Source: Heterodontus francisci (taxonomy: Eukaryota). Taken from it: a stretch of DNA of 64,000 nucleotides. Position 1 is the stretch's first letter; each line of letters starts with the position of its first letter. The DNA lies in the NCBI RefSeq assembly GCF_036365525.1, contig NW_027142279.1:868001-932000 (forward strand), given 5' to 3'. Below, one piece after another: positions 1-11,830 of this stretch. A program made the position numbers and the translations under genes. The notes below the pieces were generated by a model. The model had not been told where the DNA came from. It ran no database searches and worked only from the letters and a program-made list of their open reading frames with translations.

Positions 1-189
1 GCCCCATTCCCCATGATGATTTCACCTGCCTTTACCTCTAAGGAACCAACGTCAGCTTGAGCTACTCTCTTGCTTTTAATCTAATAGCTCCGACCATCTG
101 TTTTGAGATTTCCGCTTAGCATATTCTCACATTTTATTCCCACATCCGATGAAAGAACATGAACAATGTCTTCAACCAGCCCTATCAGT

Positions 190-560
190 ATGACGTGCTA
201 TTTCCTGCTCCCTAATGTTTTTATCCAGCATCCATTTACATATATCTGGTTATACACATCATTTTTTCTGTGTGCTAGCGAATTCCACATTCTTACCACT
301 CTGTGTAAATTCATTTCTTGGAGTTATTAGTGAGTATGATGTATTCATGACCTTCCCTGCAAGTGCAGGCATCTTCTCTACCTCTCCCCTATTATATTCC
401 TTCATAATCTTGAGCACCTCTATCAGGTCACCCCTCAGCCTTCTCTTGACTGGGGAAAAGAATCCCAGACTTTTCAATCTTTCCTGATAGTTATAACCTT
501 TTGTGCTCTGGTATCATTCTTGTAAATCGTTTTTGCACTTCTGCTCGTACCACTCTGTGT
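190..560 (-). mobile_element. CR1 LINE 3' fragment (degenerate)
   Basis: ORF 259..477 reads LGFFSPVKRRLRGDLIEVLKIM, the CR1 ORF2 C-terminal motif; boundaries approximate. Confidence 0.75.
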
Positions 561-900
561 AATATGGAGACCAGCACTCTGCACAGCACTATAATAAAAG
601 CAAAATACTGCGGATGCAGGAAATCTGAAATAAAAACAAGAAATGCTGGAACCACTCAGCAGGTAGGGCACTCTACACAGCACTGCGGATTTGGTCCAAC
701 TAAGATTGATGGAGACCAGAACTGTACACAGGGCTCCAGAAGCGCTCTAAGTAAGGTATTTGGAAGTCAGAACTGTCCCCAGCACTTCAGGTGTCGTCTA
801 CACAAGGCATATAGAGCTGAGAATTGTGCACAGTGCACCAGGTGTGGTCGAACCGAGGTACGTGTTGAAGAGCCGTTCTATGAACCATTATTCAGGTGTG
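560..900. repeat. Diverged ~51-bp tandem repeat derived from a CR1 segment
   Basis: Recurring tggagaccagaactgtacacag...ccaggtgtggtc-like units starting near 564, 709, 760, 812 and 867; they resemble the antisense of the CR1 LVRPHLEYCVQFWSP region. Confidence 0.5.
591..667. mobile_element. Short Penelope-terminal-repeat insertion with 17-bp TSD
   Basis: aaagcaaaatactgcggatgcaggaaatctgaaataaaaacaagaaatgctgga...ctcagcagg, same family as 10161, 47760 and 51088; flanked by gcactct(g/a)cacagcact at 574-590 and 668-684. Confidence 0.65.
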
Positions 901-1067
901 GGCACAGACAGTGTGTGATGCCTGTCTGGAGGCTGTGGAGAGTTAGAACATGGGAGTTCTGCGACTCGAACGGGCACTGAACAGATGCAGTTCCGCATCC
1001 GATCACCCAGGGCTGCTCTTCACCGAATGATGGGTTAAATGCCCCCGTTAGAAGGGAGACGTGTGAG

Positions 1068-1106
1068 GGTTTTTGTCAAGGCGGCCAATGACTCTGAACC
1101 GCTGTG
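1068..1106 (-). promoter_or_regulatory. V(D)J recombination signal, 23-bp spacer (V1)
   Basis: Minus strand CACAGCG (1106-1100) + 23 nt + ACAAAAACC (1076-1068), directly after YFCAAGDG. Confidence 0.95.
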
Positions 1107-1840
1107 TCCCATCACCAGCTGCACAGAAATACACCGCCTCGTCCGTGGCGTTCACACTCTCGATCGTCAGAGTGGATTTCTTATTGTCCAGAGTCCTGGT
1201 AATAACAAACCCGCTCTTAAAACCCTCTTCATACTGAGGTTCACCTGCTGTATAGGTAAACCCGATTAACAGGAATCCTCTGTAGGGGGACTGACGATAC
1301 CAGTACATGTAGCTGCGAACTGTTCCTTTCTGCAGACAGTTCATTTCCACTGGTCCTGGTTGTTTAACAGCCAGTGACTGAGGCCATTGATGTATCACAT
1401 CACCCCGGCAAACACCTAGAAAGAGAAATTAGAGGGAATGAACTAGTATCGATGGAGTTACAATTGAGACGATGGGTGTCGGTGTTGCACCGAATTAACG
1501 ACGGAAATTCGGTCTGTGTCCTAATTTCCTACAAGCACCTGGATCTTTACAAATGTAAAATAGAATTGTGGAATCCACAAGTTTGCAAGTGGGTGCAAAC
1601 ATTAAAGAGTTAACATCATATTAATAACACTTGTCTTCCCAAACTAGGGGACAGATGAATGAGTTCACTGTCTTCTATTAAACAATCGATTACTGATTTC
1701 ACAAGTCACCGCCACTCAGTTTTATTGAGATCATTAATCATCCTTTTCAGTTAAACAAATGTAGAAGAGTGATTGGGACAGAATTTTAACCTACTCAGCG
1801 CCAGAAGGGAAATAGCAAAGACGATGAAACTGAAAGGCAT
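1107..1840 (-). CDS. TRBV: T-cell receptor V segment V1 (probably TCR-beta), apparently functional; leader exon 1795-1840, V exon 1107-1415
   Basis: Spliced product MPFSFIVFAISLLALS|VCRGDVIHQWPQ...MNC...WYRQ...DEAVYFCAAGDG. 46-nt leader with GTAGGT donor, ttctag acceptor, both Ig cysteines, Trp41 and RSS23 present. The IHQWP start resembles TRBV30-type V. Confidence 0.9.
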
Positions 1841-1918
1841 GTTTGGTGCGGATCTGAGGCACTTTCAGTTGGTTCCGCTGGTTTAAGGGTGAGAGGCAGT
1901 TGTAGTTCACCTGGTGCA

Positions 1919-1928
1919 GAACGTCATT
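1919..1928 (-). promoter_or_regulatory. CRE-like element upstream of the V1 leader (possible V-beta decamer)
   Basis: AATGACGTTC about 80 bp upstream of the ATG; 7/10 match to the TCR V-beta promoter decamer AGTGAYRTCA, with an intact TGACG half-site. Confidence 0.3.
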
Positions 1929-2574
1929 GAGATGGTCCCCGCCCCTACTTTTTAAGTTGTTCCCCCATTCTTTTGTTTGTTTCCTTCCTCCCCTTTCCAC
2001 TTGTTTCTTGTCTCCATTTCCCTCCTTCCACCCCACTTTCTACTCTGCTGCAAATGTCTTCACTCTCTTCCCTTTGTGAGCTTGCTGTCATGCCGAGGCG
2101 AGGGGAATTCTGAAGGTAGCGAGGTGTTGGAGAGGGTAGGTGAAAAAAACAAGGTGCGGTGCAACGATAGCTGCTTTGGGTGACTCCAGAGGTAACGGTG
2201 CAGAACAGGCGATTATTAACATCCTTTTGGAAATTAAAATCAGTAGTGGAGGAAGAGAAGGGGAATAGTTCGATGGCAGCGGAGGCGGCTCATATAACAT
2301 CACTGTAAAGTGGCAATCTAAGTGCGTTTAGCCTTTAAAGTGAAAAGATTGCAGAAGCAGAGGAATTGACTCATTGATCAGCGGCGCCAAAGCCTGTGGT
2401 GGCGCGAAATATAGTGGAGCCACTGCGCCGACCAGTGGCAGCATGGTGCAACTGCAACAAGCTGTGTTTGTTACTTTCCCAGTGAAACCCATGCTATGGG
2501 CTTCTTCAAGTCACTTCCTGAAATTCATCCTCCTTCTCAGTGTTTCATCCTCTCCTGCAGAGGATTATTACCCG

Positions 2575-2965
2575 CAGAATTAACGATACAAATTCAGTCT
2601 TTGTCCTAATTTCCTGCCAGTATCTGTACAGATGTAAAGCAGAAGAGTGAAATCTACATGAGTAAAAGTGGGTGTCGATGTTATATGGTTAACAGTATAT
2701 TCTTAACACTTTTGTTGCCAAAAAAGGGGAACAGATTAATGAGTTCACTATCTTATATTCAATAATTGATTGCTGATTTCACAAGTCACCGCCGCACAGT
2801 CTTGTTGCAATCATTAATCAGTTGATCAAATGTAAAACAGTGATTGTGACAGAATTTAAACATACTCAGTGACAGAAGGAAAATAGCAAACGTCGATGAA
2901 ATTGAATGGCATGTTTGCGGTGGATCTAAGACACTTTCTGCTGGTTGCTCTGGGTTTAAGGGAGC
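2575..2965 (-). pseudogene. Orphan duplicate of the V1 leader/intron/proximal promoter (frameshifted leader 2866-2912, no V exon seen)
   Basis: Colinear similarity to ~1490-1890. Leader ATGCCATTCAATTTCATCGACGTTTGC...CTGA|GTATGT is 47 nt versus 46 nt in V1. Similarity stops before any V exon. Confidence 0.7.
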
Positions 2966-3680
2966 GAAGCTGAGGGAGGAAACATTAATGGGATTAGCAT
3001 CCTTGAAAGTTAATAAATCACCAGGGCAGGATGAAATGAATCCTAGGCTGCAAAAAGAAGCAAGAGAAGAAATAGCAGAGGGTCTGACCATCTTTTTGCA
3101 GTCCTCACTGATTACAGGTGTGGTGCCGGAGGATTGGAGAATTGTTAACTTTGTGCCTCCATTTAAAAAGGGAGAGAAGGATAGACTGACTACTTCCAGT
3201 CCAGTCAGTCTGACCTCAGTAATGAGCAAATTATTGCAATCTATTCTGGGAGACAGGATAAACTGTCACTTAGAAAGGCACAGATTAATCCAGGATAGTC
3301 AGCATAGATTTGTTAAGGGACGATCTTGTTTGATCAACTTGATCGAATTTTTTGAAGAAGTAACAAGGAAGATAGATGAGGGTAGTGCAGTTGACGTGGT
3401 CGACCTGGATTTTTGCAAGGCTTTTGAAAAGGCTGCACATGGCAGACTGGTTCAAAAAAAGAAAATCCCATCGGATTCAGGGAAATGCAGCAAGGTGAAT
3501 GCAAAATTGGCTCAGTGGCAGGAAACAAAGGGTAATTGTTGATGGGTGTTTTAGCGACTCGAGGGCTGTTGCCAGTGGCGTTGCACAGGGCTCAGCACTG
3601 GGTTCCCTGCTTTTTGTGGTATTTATTAACGATTTGGTTGTAAATGTAGGGGGGCATAATCCAAATGTATGCAGACAACG
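2965..3680 (+). mobile_element. CR1 LINE RT fragment
   Basis: ORFs 2988..3542 and 3499..3729 read KSPGQD, PVSLTSV, SQHRFVKGRSCL, GVAQGSALGSLLF. Confidence 0.9.
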
Positions 3681-3689
3681 CAAGGATCT

Positions 3690-4071
3690 CTGTCTGTTTA
3701 TCGATATAGCTATCTATCTATCTCTGTAGCTATCTGTCTATCTTTCTCTCTATCTATCTAGCTGCATGGCTGTGTGTCTGTCTGTCTATCTGTGTCAATT
3801 TGTCTCTCTATCTGTATGAATTCGTCTGTCTGTCTTCATATCTACCTATCTGCATGTCTGTCTGTCTCTCTATCTATTTGATTATTTGTCTGTCTGTCTG
3901 TCTGTCTTCATATCTACCTATCTGCATGTCTGTCTGTCTCTCTATCTATTTGATTATTTGTCTGTCTGTCTGTCTGTCTTTATATCTACCTATCTGCATG
4001 TCCGTCTGTCTCTCTATCTATTTGATTATGTGTCTGCCTGTCTGCCTGTCTATCTACCTATCTAATGTCTG
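3690..4071. repeat. (TCTA)n/(TCTG)n compound microsatellite with longer repeated blocks, running into an assembly gap
   Basis: Directly visible. Confidence 0.9.
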
Positions 4072-4206
4072 NNNNNNNNNNNNNNNNNNNNNNNNNNNNN
4101 NNNNNNNNNNNNNNNNNNNNNNNNNNNNNNNNNNNNNNNNNNNNNNNNNNNNNNNNNNNNNNNNNNNNNNNNNNNNNNNNNNNNNNNNNNNNNNNNNNNN
4201 NNNNNN
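4072..4206. other. Assembly gap (135 N)
   Basis: Run of N. Confidence 1.
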
Positions 4207-4509
4207 TGCCTGTGACATGGTGCTGTGAACCAATTGGCTTCCGTGTTTTAAGTACACTGCTCTCTGGAATGACCTAGCAAACCCTTCAGTTATCTACAAG
4301 GCAACACACACCTTCTCCAGGGCAATAAGTGACGATGAATAACTACTGACCTTCTCAGACCCAGGCCCCCAGAATGAATTTTTTAAAAATCAAAGCAAGG
4401 GAAGAAGTTTCAGAGGATCTGACCATCAATTTCCAGTTCTTAATTGGCTGTTAACTGTTTTGGGGCGTCGTGAAGTCGTGGAAGACCTGATATAATTTGT
4501 TTTTCTTAT

Positions 4510-5040
4510 TCGTTCATGGGACGTGTATTTCTTTTGCAAGACCAGCAATTATTTCACAATACTGATTGCCCTTGAGAAGGTGGTGGTGAGCTGCCCTCTT
4601 GAACCACTGCAATCCATGTGGGGTAGGTACACCCACAGTGCGGTTAGGAAGGGAGTTCCAGGATTTTGACCCAGTGACAGTGAAGAAACGGCGATATAGT
4701 TCCAAGTCAGGATGGTGTGTGACTTGGAGGGGAACTTGCAGGTGGTGGTGTTCCCATGATTCTACTGCCCTTGTCCTTCTAGGTGGTAGAGTTGGTGGGT
4801 TTGGAAGGTGCTGTCTGAGTAGCCTTGGTGCGTTGCTGCAGTGCATCTTGTCGATGATAAACACTGCTGCCACTGTGGTGTAGGAAGTGAGTGTTGAAGG
4901 TGGTAGATGGGGTGCTGATCAAGAGGGCTGCTTTGTCCTGTATGATGTTGAGCTTCCTGAGTGTTGTTGGAGCTGCACCCATCCAGGCAAGTGGAGAGTA
5001 TTCCATCACACTCCTGACTTGTGCCTTGTAGATGATTGAT
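4510..5040 (-). mobile_element. Non-LTR LINE (L2/CR1-group) 3' fragment
   Basis: IYKAQVRSVMEYSPLAWMGAAPTTLRKLNIIQDKAA and SWNSLPN motifs; same family as 16835 and 19880. Confidence 0.8.
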
Positions 5041-5044
5041 ACTC

Positions 5045-5220
5045 TATACATCACTTCACAATGGTGATGTTAACTATCTGTCGTATTTAGATCATTAATT
5101 AACCTTCTAATTAATCAAGTATGAGACAGTGACTGTGACTCAGTTTTAACATACTCAGTGCCAGAAATTAAACGGTGTAGACGAGGACTTTGAAATTTTG
5201 CTGAGAATCTGAGACACAGC
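5045..5220 (-). pseudogene. Second orphan V1-family leader/intron remnant (leader ~5155-5200, no ATG, in-frame TAA)
   Basis: ...TTCAAAGTCCTCGTCTACACCGTTTAATTTCTGGCACTGA|GTATGT plus intron similarity to 1690-1800. Confidence 0.55.
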
Positions 5221-5398
5221 TCTCTCTCTTTCCTTCTGTCTCTTCCTCGTAACTTCTGCTATTCCCTGTCATTCAGCCCTTGATGAAGGTTGTGGAATCC
5301 GGGAATCACCAGCTTGGAAAACGGCCGGTGTGGCAGGGAGAGACATTAACCATTGTCACTGCTCCTGTATGTCAGTCAGTTGTGTTGGTCACCCTGTT

Positions 5399-5437
5399 GG
5401 TTTTTGTACTGGCACTAAGGCAGTCTGCAGCGCTGTG
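5399..5437 (-). promoter_or_regulatory. RSS, 23-bp spacer (V2)
   Basis: CACAGCG (5437-5431) + 23 nt + ACAAAAACC (5407-5399). Confidence 0.95.
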
Positions 5438-6253
5438 CTCACTGGCTGCACAGTAATACACCGCCGCATCCGCAACCTTAACCTTGAGGACCCTCAGGCT
5501 GCATCGTCTCTCCTCGGGCCTTAAAATCTTCACCTCCTCTTCAAATTTTCCTTCGTAAATGGGTGCCCTTCCAGTGTAAGAATGACCCATTAGGGTGAGC
5601 CCCTGCCCGGCATACTGCCGATACCACAGCATAATGCTCTTTCTACTATCATTCTGGTAACAATTTAATTCTGCTGGTTCACCTCTCTTCATCACGACCA
5701 GAGTTGGCCACTGGTGTATCACCTCTGCTAGAGTTTTGCCTTGAGAAATAAGGAGAATAGTTAAAAAAGGTTTAGAACATATTGTGACATATGATAACCA
5801 ACTATAACTATCCAAAAAGATAGGTAGATAATACTAGATAACTATATAGGCAGACAATATATAGTTAAATGATATATTGGTAGATATATAGATAATAAAC
5901 AGATAGATATAGAGATTGAAAAATAATGTAGCAAGTGATATGAGACAGACAAATTAACCCAGAATTAGGGCAAACTTATCGGTTAAAGATAGCTGTAGTA
6001 GCGTCACGAAAATATAAGTAACTTTTATTCAGTCAAAAATTTCATTAAGCCAATATTATTTACAGTGGAAGTAAAGTATGTAGTTTAAGAAATGACAGAA
6101 AATCGACTGCAATGATGTTTTATCAATCTAGTTTGATAGAAGTTAGTAGTGAATGAAAACACAGCAAGTATTTAGCAGAGGTATCTTTATGAACAATGAA
6201 TACCTACATGGAAGAAGTGAACAGACGATTAGGAAGAGTTTGACTAACTGCAT
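5438..6253 (-). CDS. TRBV: TCR V segment V2 (probably TCR-beta), apparently functional; leader exon 6208-6253, V exon 5438-5739
   Basis: MQLVKLFLIVCSLLPC|KTLAEVIHQWPT...LNC...WYRQ...DAAVYYCAASE. 46-nt leader, GTAGGT donor, ctcaag acceptor, RSS23. Confidence 0.9.
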
Positions 6254-6324
6254 CCTGCAGACTGGGGGCTGAATCTGTTCATGAACCAATATCAGGCGGC
6301 TGAAGATAAAGCAGAGAGTGGAAA

Positions 6325-6334
6325 TGACAGCACT
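6325..6334 (-). promoter_or_regulatory. V-beta promoter decamer-like motif
   Basis: AGTGCTGTCA, 9/10 match to AGTGAYRTCA, about 72 bp upstream of the V2 ATG. Confidence 0.45.
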
Positions 6335-7009
6335 GGAAACAGGGTTTCCTTCTGACCCCTCACTTCTGGGTATGACAGAATAATAACACCCCCTGGTCGG
6401 AAGGAGCTTGAATAAGGAACTGCTTCCCGTCTGTATCTGGCTCTCGTTGGTTGTGTCTGATTGGTGTTGTATAGCGTGGCTCTTGCGAACAGCCAGGCCA
6501 GGCTCGATGGGCTGTATGGCCTCGGCTCAGCTGTAGGAGTCTATAAATATATAAGACACATCAAGTGGCTTGTTTATATTAGGCAGATAAAGATTTATTT
6601 CCCCTTTGCTAAACGACAATTCAAGGGCTATGTTTTACATTGGGGTGAAATGTTAGATACTTTGAAAAGCGACAGTGTCATGAAGAAGTGGGTTAACTGT
6701 TTTAAACAGATGCTCAAACCGCCGTCAGGAGGCAGGTGTTCCAGTGAGAGACCTATCTGGGGAGGTGTCTCGCTTTTGCATTGTATGAATCATTGGGGAC
6801 ATGTACAACAGGGAGCTATGTGTAACTCTTGTCACATACCACCGACAGCTCATTCAACAGGACCATGAACCCATGTACCCCACCTCGGAATCTGTTCTTT
6901 ACAGGTAGAGGCTGCCTGAACGAGAAGGATCTGAGCACATTGCTGCAGCATTTTTAATAATTCATAATGTATTGATGTACTCTGAGTCGAAGGAGAGCAA
7001 GAAGATGAA

Positions 7010-7235
7010 ACTGTGAGAGACAGAGAGACAGACAGGCAAACACAAAGATAGATAGACACAGATAGATTTATAGATAGATTGATAGACACATAGATAGATA
7101 GAAAGATAGATAGACATCGATAGATACAGATCGATAGACAGATAGACAGATAGATAGATGCAGAGACGCACAAAGAGACACAGAAACTCGCAGATAGTCC
7201 GAGAGACAGAAAGACACTGAGATAGACAGACAGGT
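7010..7235. repeat. (AGAC)/(AGAT) microsatellite
   Basis: Directly visible; similar tracts at ~5810-5950, 9990-10140, 10290-10605 and 18420-19010. Confidence 0.85.
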
Positions 7236-7268
7236 TTATGTCCCACAAGTGCTTTCCTCCTCCTTTAG

Positions 7269-7307
7269 AGTTTTTGCTGAACTCCGGCGCCTTTCTGAGT
7301 CACTGTG
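7269..7307 (-). promoter_or_regulatory. RSS, 23-bp spacer (V3)
   Basis: CACAGTG (7307-7301) + 23 nt + GCAAAAACT (7277-7269). Confidence 0.92.
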
Positions 7308-7606
7308 CCGACTCCAGGCACAGTAATACACGGCTGATTGATTCGCCCACAGGCTGGAGGACTCCAGGTGAAAATGGGTGTTGTCGGGTCTCCTGGCGGT
7401 GAAACCGTCCACCTCACCGGAGTGAATGACCGTTCCGGCAGAGGTGGAATAGAAAAGGTTCTCGGGCTTATGGTCCAGATACCACCAGTACCGGTAGAAT
7501 GCGGAGTCAGCTACTGCTTCTGTGTAAATACACTGGATATTGACTGGACAGCCTGGGGAATGGGATATGGAAGCGGGAGACTGTTGGTTCAGCACGGCCC
7601 CTACAT
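7308..7606 (-). CDS. TRBV: TCR V exon V3, TRBV30-like (ends CAWS); open frame but conserved Trp41 replaced by Arg, so ORF or pseudogene
   Basis: ttttacag|DVGAVLNQQSP...IQC...FYRYWWY...LFYS...ARRP...F.L.S..L...SAVYYCAWSR, followed by RSS23. Leader not certain (weak candidate 11293-11338 with a GC donor). Confidence 0.8.
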
Positions 7607-7730
7607 CTGTAAAACAGAGAGAGAGAGAGAGAGAGAAAGATAGAGATACACCCAGGGACAAGATTTAAATTGGACATCGGCCACGATGAGGGGACAGGCA
7701 CGATGGGCCGAACGATCTCCTGTGTGCCCG

Positions 7731-9965
7731 AAATAGAACATAGAACATAGAACATACAGCACAGAACAGGCCCTTCGGCCCACAATGTTGTGCCGATCCT
7801 TTGTCCTCTGTCAAGGACAATTTAATCTATACCCCATCATTCTCCTTTATCCATATACCTATCCAAAAGCCTTTTGAAAGTCCCTAAAGTTTCTGACTCA
7901 ACAACTTCCCCGGGCAAGGCATTCCATGCCTCGACCACTCTCTGGGTAAAGAACCTTCCCCTGACATCCCCCTTATATCTCCCACCCTTCACCTTAAATT
8001 TATGACCCCTTGTAACGCTTTGCTCCACCCGGGGAAAAAGTTTCTGACTGTCTACCCTATCTATTCCCCTGATCATCTTATAAACCTCTATCATGTCACC
8101 CCTCATCCTTCTCCTTTCTAATGAGAAGAGGCCTAGAATGTTCAGCCTTTCCTCGTAAGACTTATTCTCCATTCCAGGCAACATCCTGGTAAATCTCCTC
8201 TGCACCCTCTCCAAGGCTTCCACATCCTTCCTAAAATGAGGCGACCAGAACTGCACACAGTACTCCAAATGAGGCCTTACCAAGGTCCTGTACAGCTGCA
8301 TCATCACCTCACGGCTCTTAAATTCAATCCCTCTGCTAATGAACGCTAACACCCCATATGCCTTCTTCACAGCCCTATCCACTTGAGTTGCAACTTTCAA
8401 TGATCTATGCACATAGACCCCAAGGTCTCTCTGCTCCTCCACATGCCCAAGAACCCTACCGTTAACCCAGTATTTTGCATTCATGTTTGTCCTTCCAAAA
8501 TGGACGACCTCACACTTTTCAGGGTTAAACTCCATCTGCCACTTTTCAGCCCAGCACTGCAACCTATCCAAGTCCCTTTGCAGACGACAATAGCCCTCCT
8601 CGGTATCCACAACTCCACCAACCTTTGTATCATCTGCAAATTTACTGACCCACCCTTCGACTTCCTCATCCAAGTCGTTAATAAAAATCACAAACAGGAG
8701 AGGACCCAGAACTGATCCCTGCGGCACGCCACTGGTAACTGGGCTCCAGGCTGAGTATTTACCATCTAAGACCACTCTCTGCCTTCTATCAGTTAGCCAA
8801 TTCTTAATCCAACTGGCCACATTCCCCACTATCCCATGCCTCCTGACTTTCTCCATAAGTCTACCATGGGGGACCTTATCAAATGCCTTACTAAAATCCA
8901 TGTACACCACATCCACTGGTTTACCCTCATCCACTTGCTTGGTCACCTGCTCAAAGAATTCAATCAGGCTTGTGAGGCAAGACCTACCCCTCACAAAACC
9001 GTGCTGACTGTCCCGAATCAAGCAGTGTCTTTCCAGATGCTCAGAAATCCTATCCCTCAGCACCTTTTCCATCAACTTGCCTACCACCGAAGTAAGACTA
9101 ACTGGCCTGTAATTCCCAGGGTTGTTCCTATTCCCTTTCTTGAACAGGGGCACAACATTTGCCACCCTCCAATCACCTGGTACCACCCCCGTCAGCAGAG
9201 AAGATGAAAAGATCATTGCCAGCGGCTCTGCAATTTCATCCCTTGCTTCCCATAACATCCTTGGATATACCCCGTCAGGCCCGGGAGACTTGTCTATCTT
9301 CAAGTTATTCAAAAACCCCAACACATCTTCCCTCCTAACGAGCACTTCCTCGAGCTTACCAGTCTGCTTCCCACCGTCCTCTTCAGTAATACACCCCTTC
9401 TCATTCGTAAATACCGAAGAGAAATACTCATTCAAAACCTCACTTATCTCTTCCGGCTCAACACACAGTCTCCCGCTATTGTCCTTGACCGGACCTACGG
9501 TCCCCCTAGTCATCCTCATATTTCTGACATACGCGTAAAAGGCCTTGGGGTTTTCTTTTATCCTACCCGCCAAGCATTTTTCATGCCCTCTCTTAGCTCT
9601 CCTAATCCCTTTCTTCAGATCCTTCCTGGCCATCTTGTATCCCTCCAGAGCTATGCCTGTGCCCTTTTTCCTCAACTTTATATACGCATCCTTCTTCTTC
9701 CTAACAAGACTCTCAACCTCTCTTGTCAACCACGGTTCCCTCACATGACCATCCCTTCCCTGTCTGACAGGGACATGCTTATCAATGGCCCCTACTATCT
9801 GCTCCTTGAAAAAGTTCCACATTTCGACCGTGCCCTTCCCTGCCAGCATATGCTCCCAACTTATGCTCCTCAGTTCCTGCCTGACAGCATCATATCTACC
9901 CTTCCCCCAATTGTAAACCTTGCCCTGTTGCACATACCTATCCCTCTCCATTACCACAGTGAATG
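7731..9965 (-). mobile_element. Young 5'-truncated CR1 LINE with an uninterrupted RT frame, just upstream of the V3 exon
   Basis: ORF 7837..10128 (about 710 aa is CR1) with NYRPVSLTS, QHGFVRGRSC, GVPQGSVLGP, FADD; 3' tail (TTCTATG)n at ~7731-7755. Confidence 0.95.
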
Positions 9966-10160
9966 CTACAGAAAATGTCCCGTGTTTCATTGTAAAAAGG
10001 GAGAGGTGGGAGAGGGAGAGATGCACAGAGAGAGAGAGACTCAGAGAAAGACATAGAATGATATAGAGTGAGAGAAAAGGAGAGAAGCAGAGACAGAGAG
10101 AGAGAGTAAGAGAGAGAGGGAAGCACACAGACAGAGGGAGAAAAACAACAACAATCTATA

Positions 10161-10256
10161 ACAAAAACAAGAAATGCTGGATTCACTCAGCAGGTCTGGC
10201 AGCATCTGTAGAAAGAGAAGCAGAGTTAACGTTTCGGGTCAGTGACCCTTCTTCGG
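10161..10256 (-). mobile_element. Short Penelope-terminal-repeat insertion with 11-bp TSD and variant minimal hammerhead motif
   Basis: Flanked by aacaatctata at 10150-10160 and 10257-10267; minus strand reads CCGAAGA-A-GGGTC-ACT-GACCC-GAAAC-GTT. Confidence 0.7.
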
Positions 10257-11519
10257 AACAATCTATACATGGACAACAGACGTGAAGGAGCTCAGAGGAC
10301 AGGGAGAGAGAGAAAGAGAGACAGAGAGAAAGGGAGAGTGGGAGGGACAGACATAGAGGTACATATATCGTTAGACAGAGAGAAAGAGATATGTAAATAA
10401 ATATTGATAGATAGAGATTCTATATAGATAGATAGTGAAATAGGCAGATATACAGATAATTAGATAACATAGATAGACAGATAGATAGAGTGATGGATGG
10501 AGAGACAGATAAATAGACGGAGAGATAGATAGATATAAAGTTAGATATGCAGATTCATAGATAGATAGATTCAGAGAAAGGGAGATACTGAGAGATAGAT
10601 GGTGCAATAGACATTCTGATAAATCCAGAGGTGTAATGAACAACAATACTGTCATGTATGGGGTAAATATCACTCTAACACGTGCTTTTATAGTTTAGCT
10701 GCCAGTCTTAAAAATAAAGTACTGTTGTTCTGAAGGATTCACTATCAAACCATTTGTACAAAATGAATACATTTTATTTACCTTCCAAACACTAATCTGC
10801 ACACAGGAAACAGATTCCCCCGCCCCTTTGTGTGAAGGAGTACTTCCTGACATCACTCCTGAATAGCCTGGCTCGAATTTTGGGTTTAGACCACCTTGTT
10901 CTACCCCCGTGCCCCGCCCCCAACAAGAGGAAGCAGTTTATCTCCATCTCGCCGATCAACCCATTCAATCATTTTAAACACCTCAGTCAAATCACCATTT
11001 AATCTTCTCTACCCGAGGGAATAAAGAACAAGCAATGTAAACATGTTGGGTGCTGCATTTCCTTCACACTTGATTAACTGATCAAAGATATTTTCAGAAA
11101 CTCCGAACACAGGAAATCGATCAGAGAATCAGAGACTGGTTACAGTACAGAAGGAGGCCATTCGGCCCATCGAGTCCATGCCAGCTCTCTGCAAGATCAA
11201 CCCAGCTAGTGCAACTCCTCCTATCTCTCCTGTCAATTCAATTTGTCGCCATAACCACCTGCAAATTCCTCTGCGCTGTTTCCTTCGCATGCTCTTGTGG
11301 AAGGACTTTGTCAGCACAACACAGCAACAGAATCGCATTGTACAGAGAGACACAGAGACAGGGAAGGCACCGTTAGTATGTGTGGTTATCAGAGTGCAGC
11401 TGTAAATGTTTCAACATGTTCACGGATGCAGCAAGAAAAAAAAACAGCCTGTTTTGTGGGTTTGCCCTGCACACATTTGTATTTTTCCACTCCTGGGCCT
11501 GAGGCAAAACAGTAGGTTA

Positions 11520-11830
11520 AAGGGTAAGGTAGCAAAGTGTTATGTTCCTGGGCTATTAATGTAAAGGCCTGGGCTAATAACCTGGAGATGTGAATTCAAA
11601 TCCCAGCATGCTGGATTATTTCAATTTCCTTCATTAGATAAAGCTGGAATTGATGAAAAGCTGCTCTCAGTCATAACCTACAGTATTGGACAAAAAACTC
11701 ATCGTCACTGAGATAAAGAAACCTGCCATCCTTATCCGGTCTGGCCTAAGAGGTGACTCCAGTCCCACAACAATATGGTTGATTCTTAAAAGGCCCTCTG
11801 CATTGGCCGGGCAAGACAGTCGGTCGTACA
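11520..11830 (+). mobile_element. tRNA-derived SINE (degenerate; same family as 26345-26745)
   Basis: Head with gtgaattcaaatccca (B-box-like) and body ...cctgccatccttatccggtctggcct...gactccagtcccac. Confidence 0.55.

Noticed and set aside
2491-2560. Plus-strand signal-peptide-like MLWASSSHFLKFILLLSVSSSPA
   Set aside because: No GT donor and no downstream plus-strand V exon; cannot be supported as a leader
3800-4277. SVCLSIYL-type ORFs (also 6850-7248, 10371-10673, 18373-19024)
   Set aside because: Microsatellite translations; some run through the N gap
6900-6952. Minus-strand leader-like MLQQCAQILLVQAAST
   Set aside because: Weak donor (GTAAAG), poor hydrophobic core, and V2 already has a clear leader
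7837-10128. 763-aa ORF (and the 868-aa ORF at 51572..54178) as host genes or autonomous LINEs
   Set aside because: 5'-truncated CR1 ORF2 without ORF1 or a complete endonuclease; the first has an N-terminus read from flanking GA repeat
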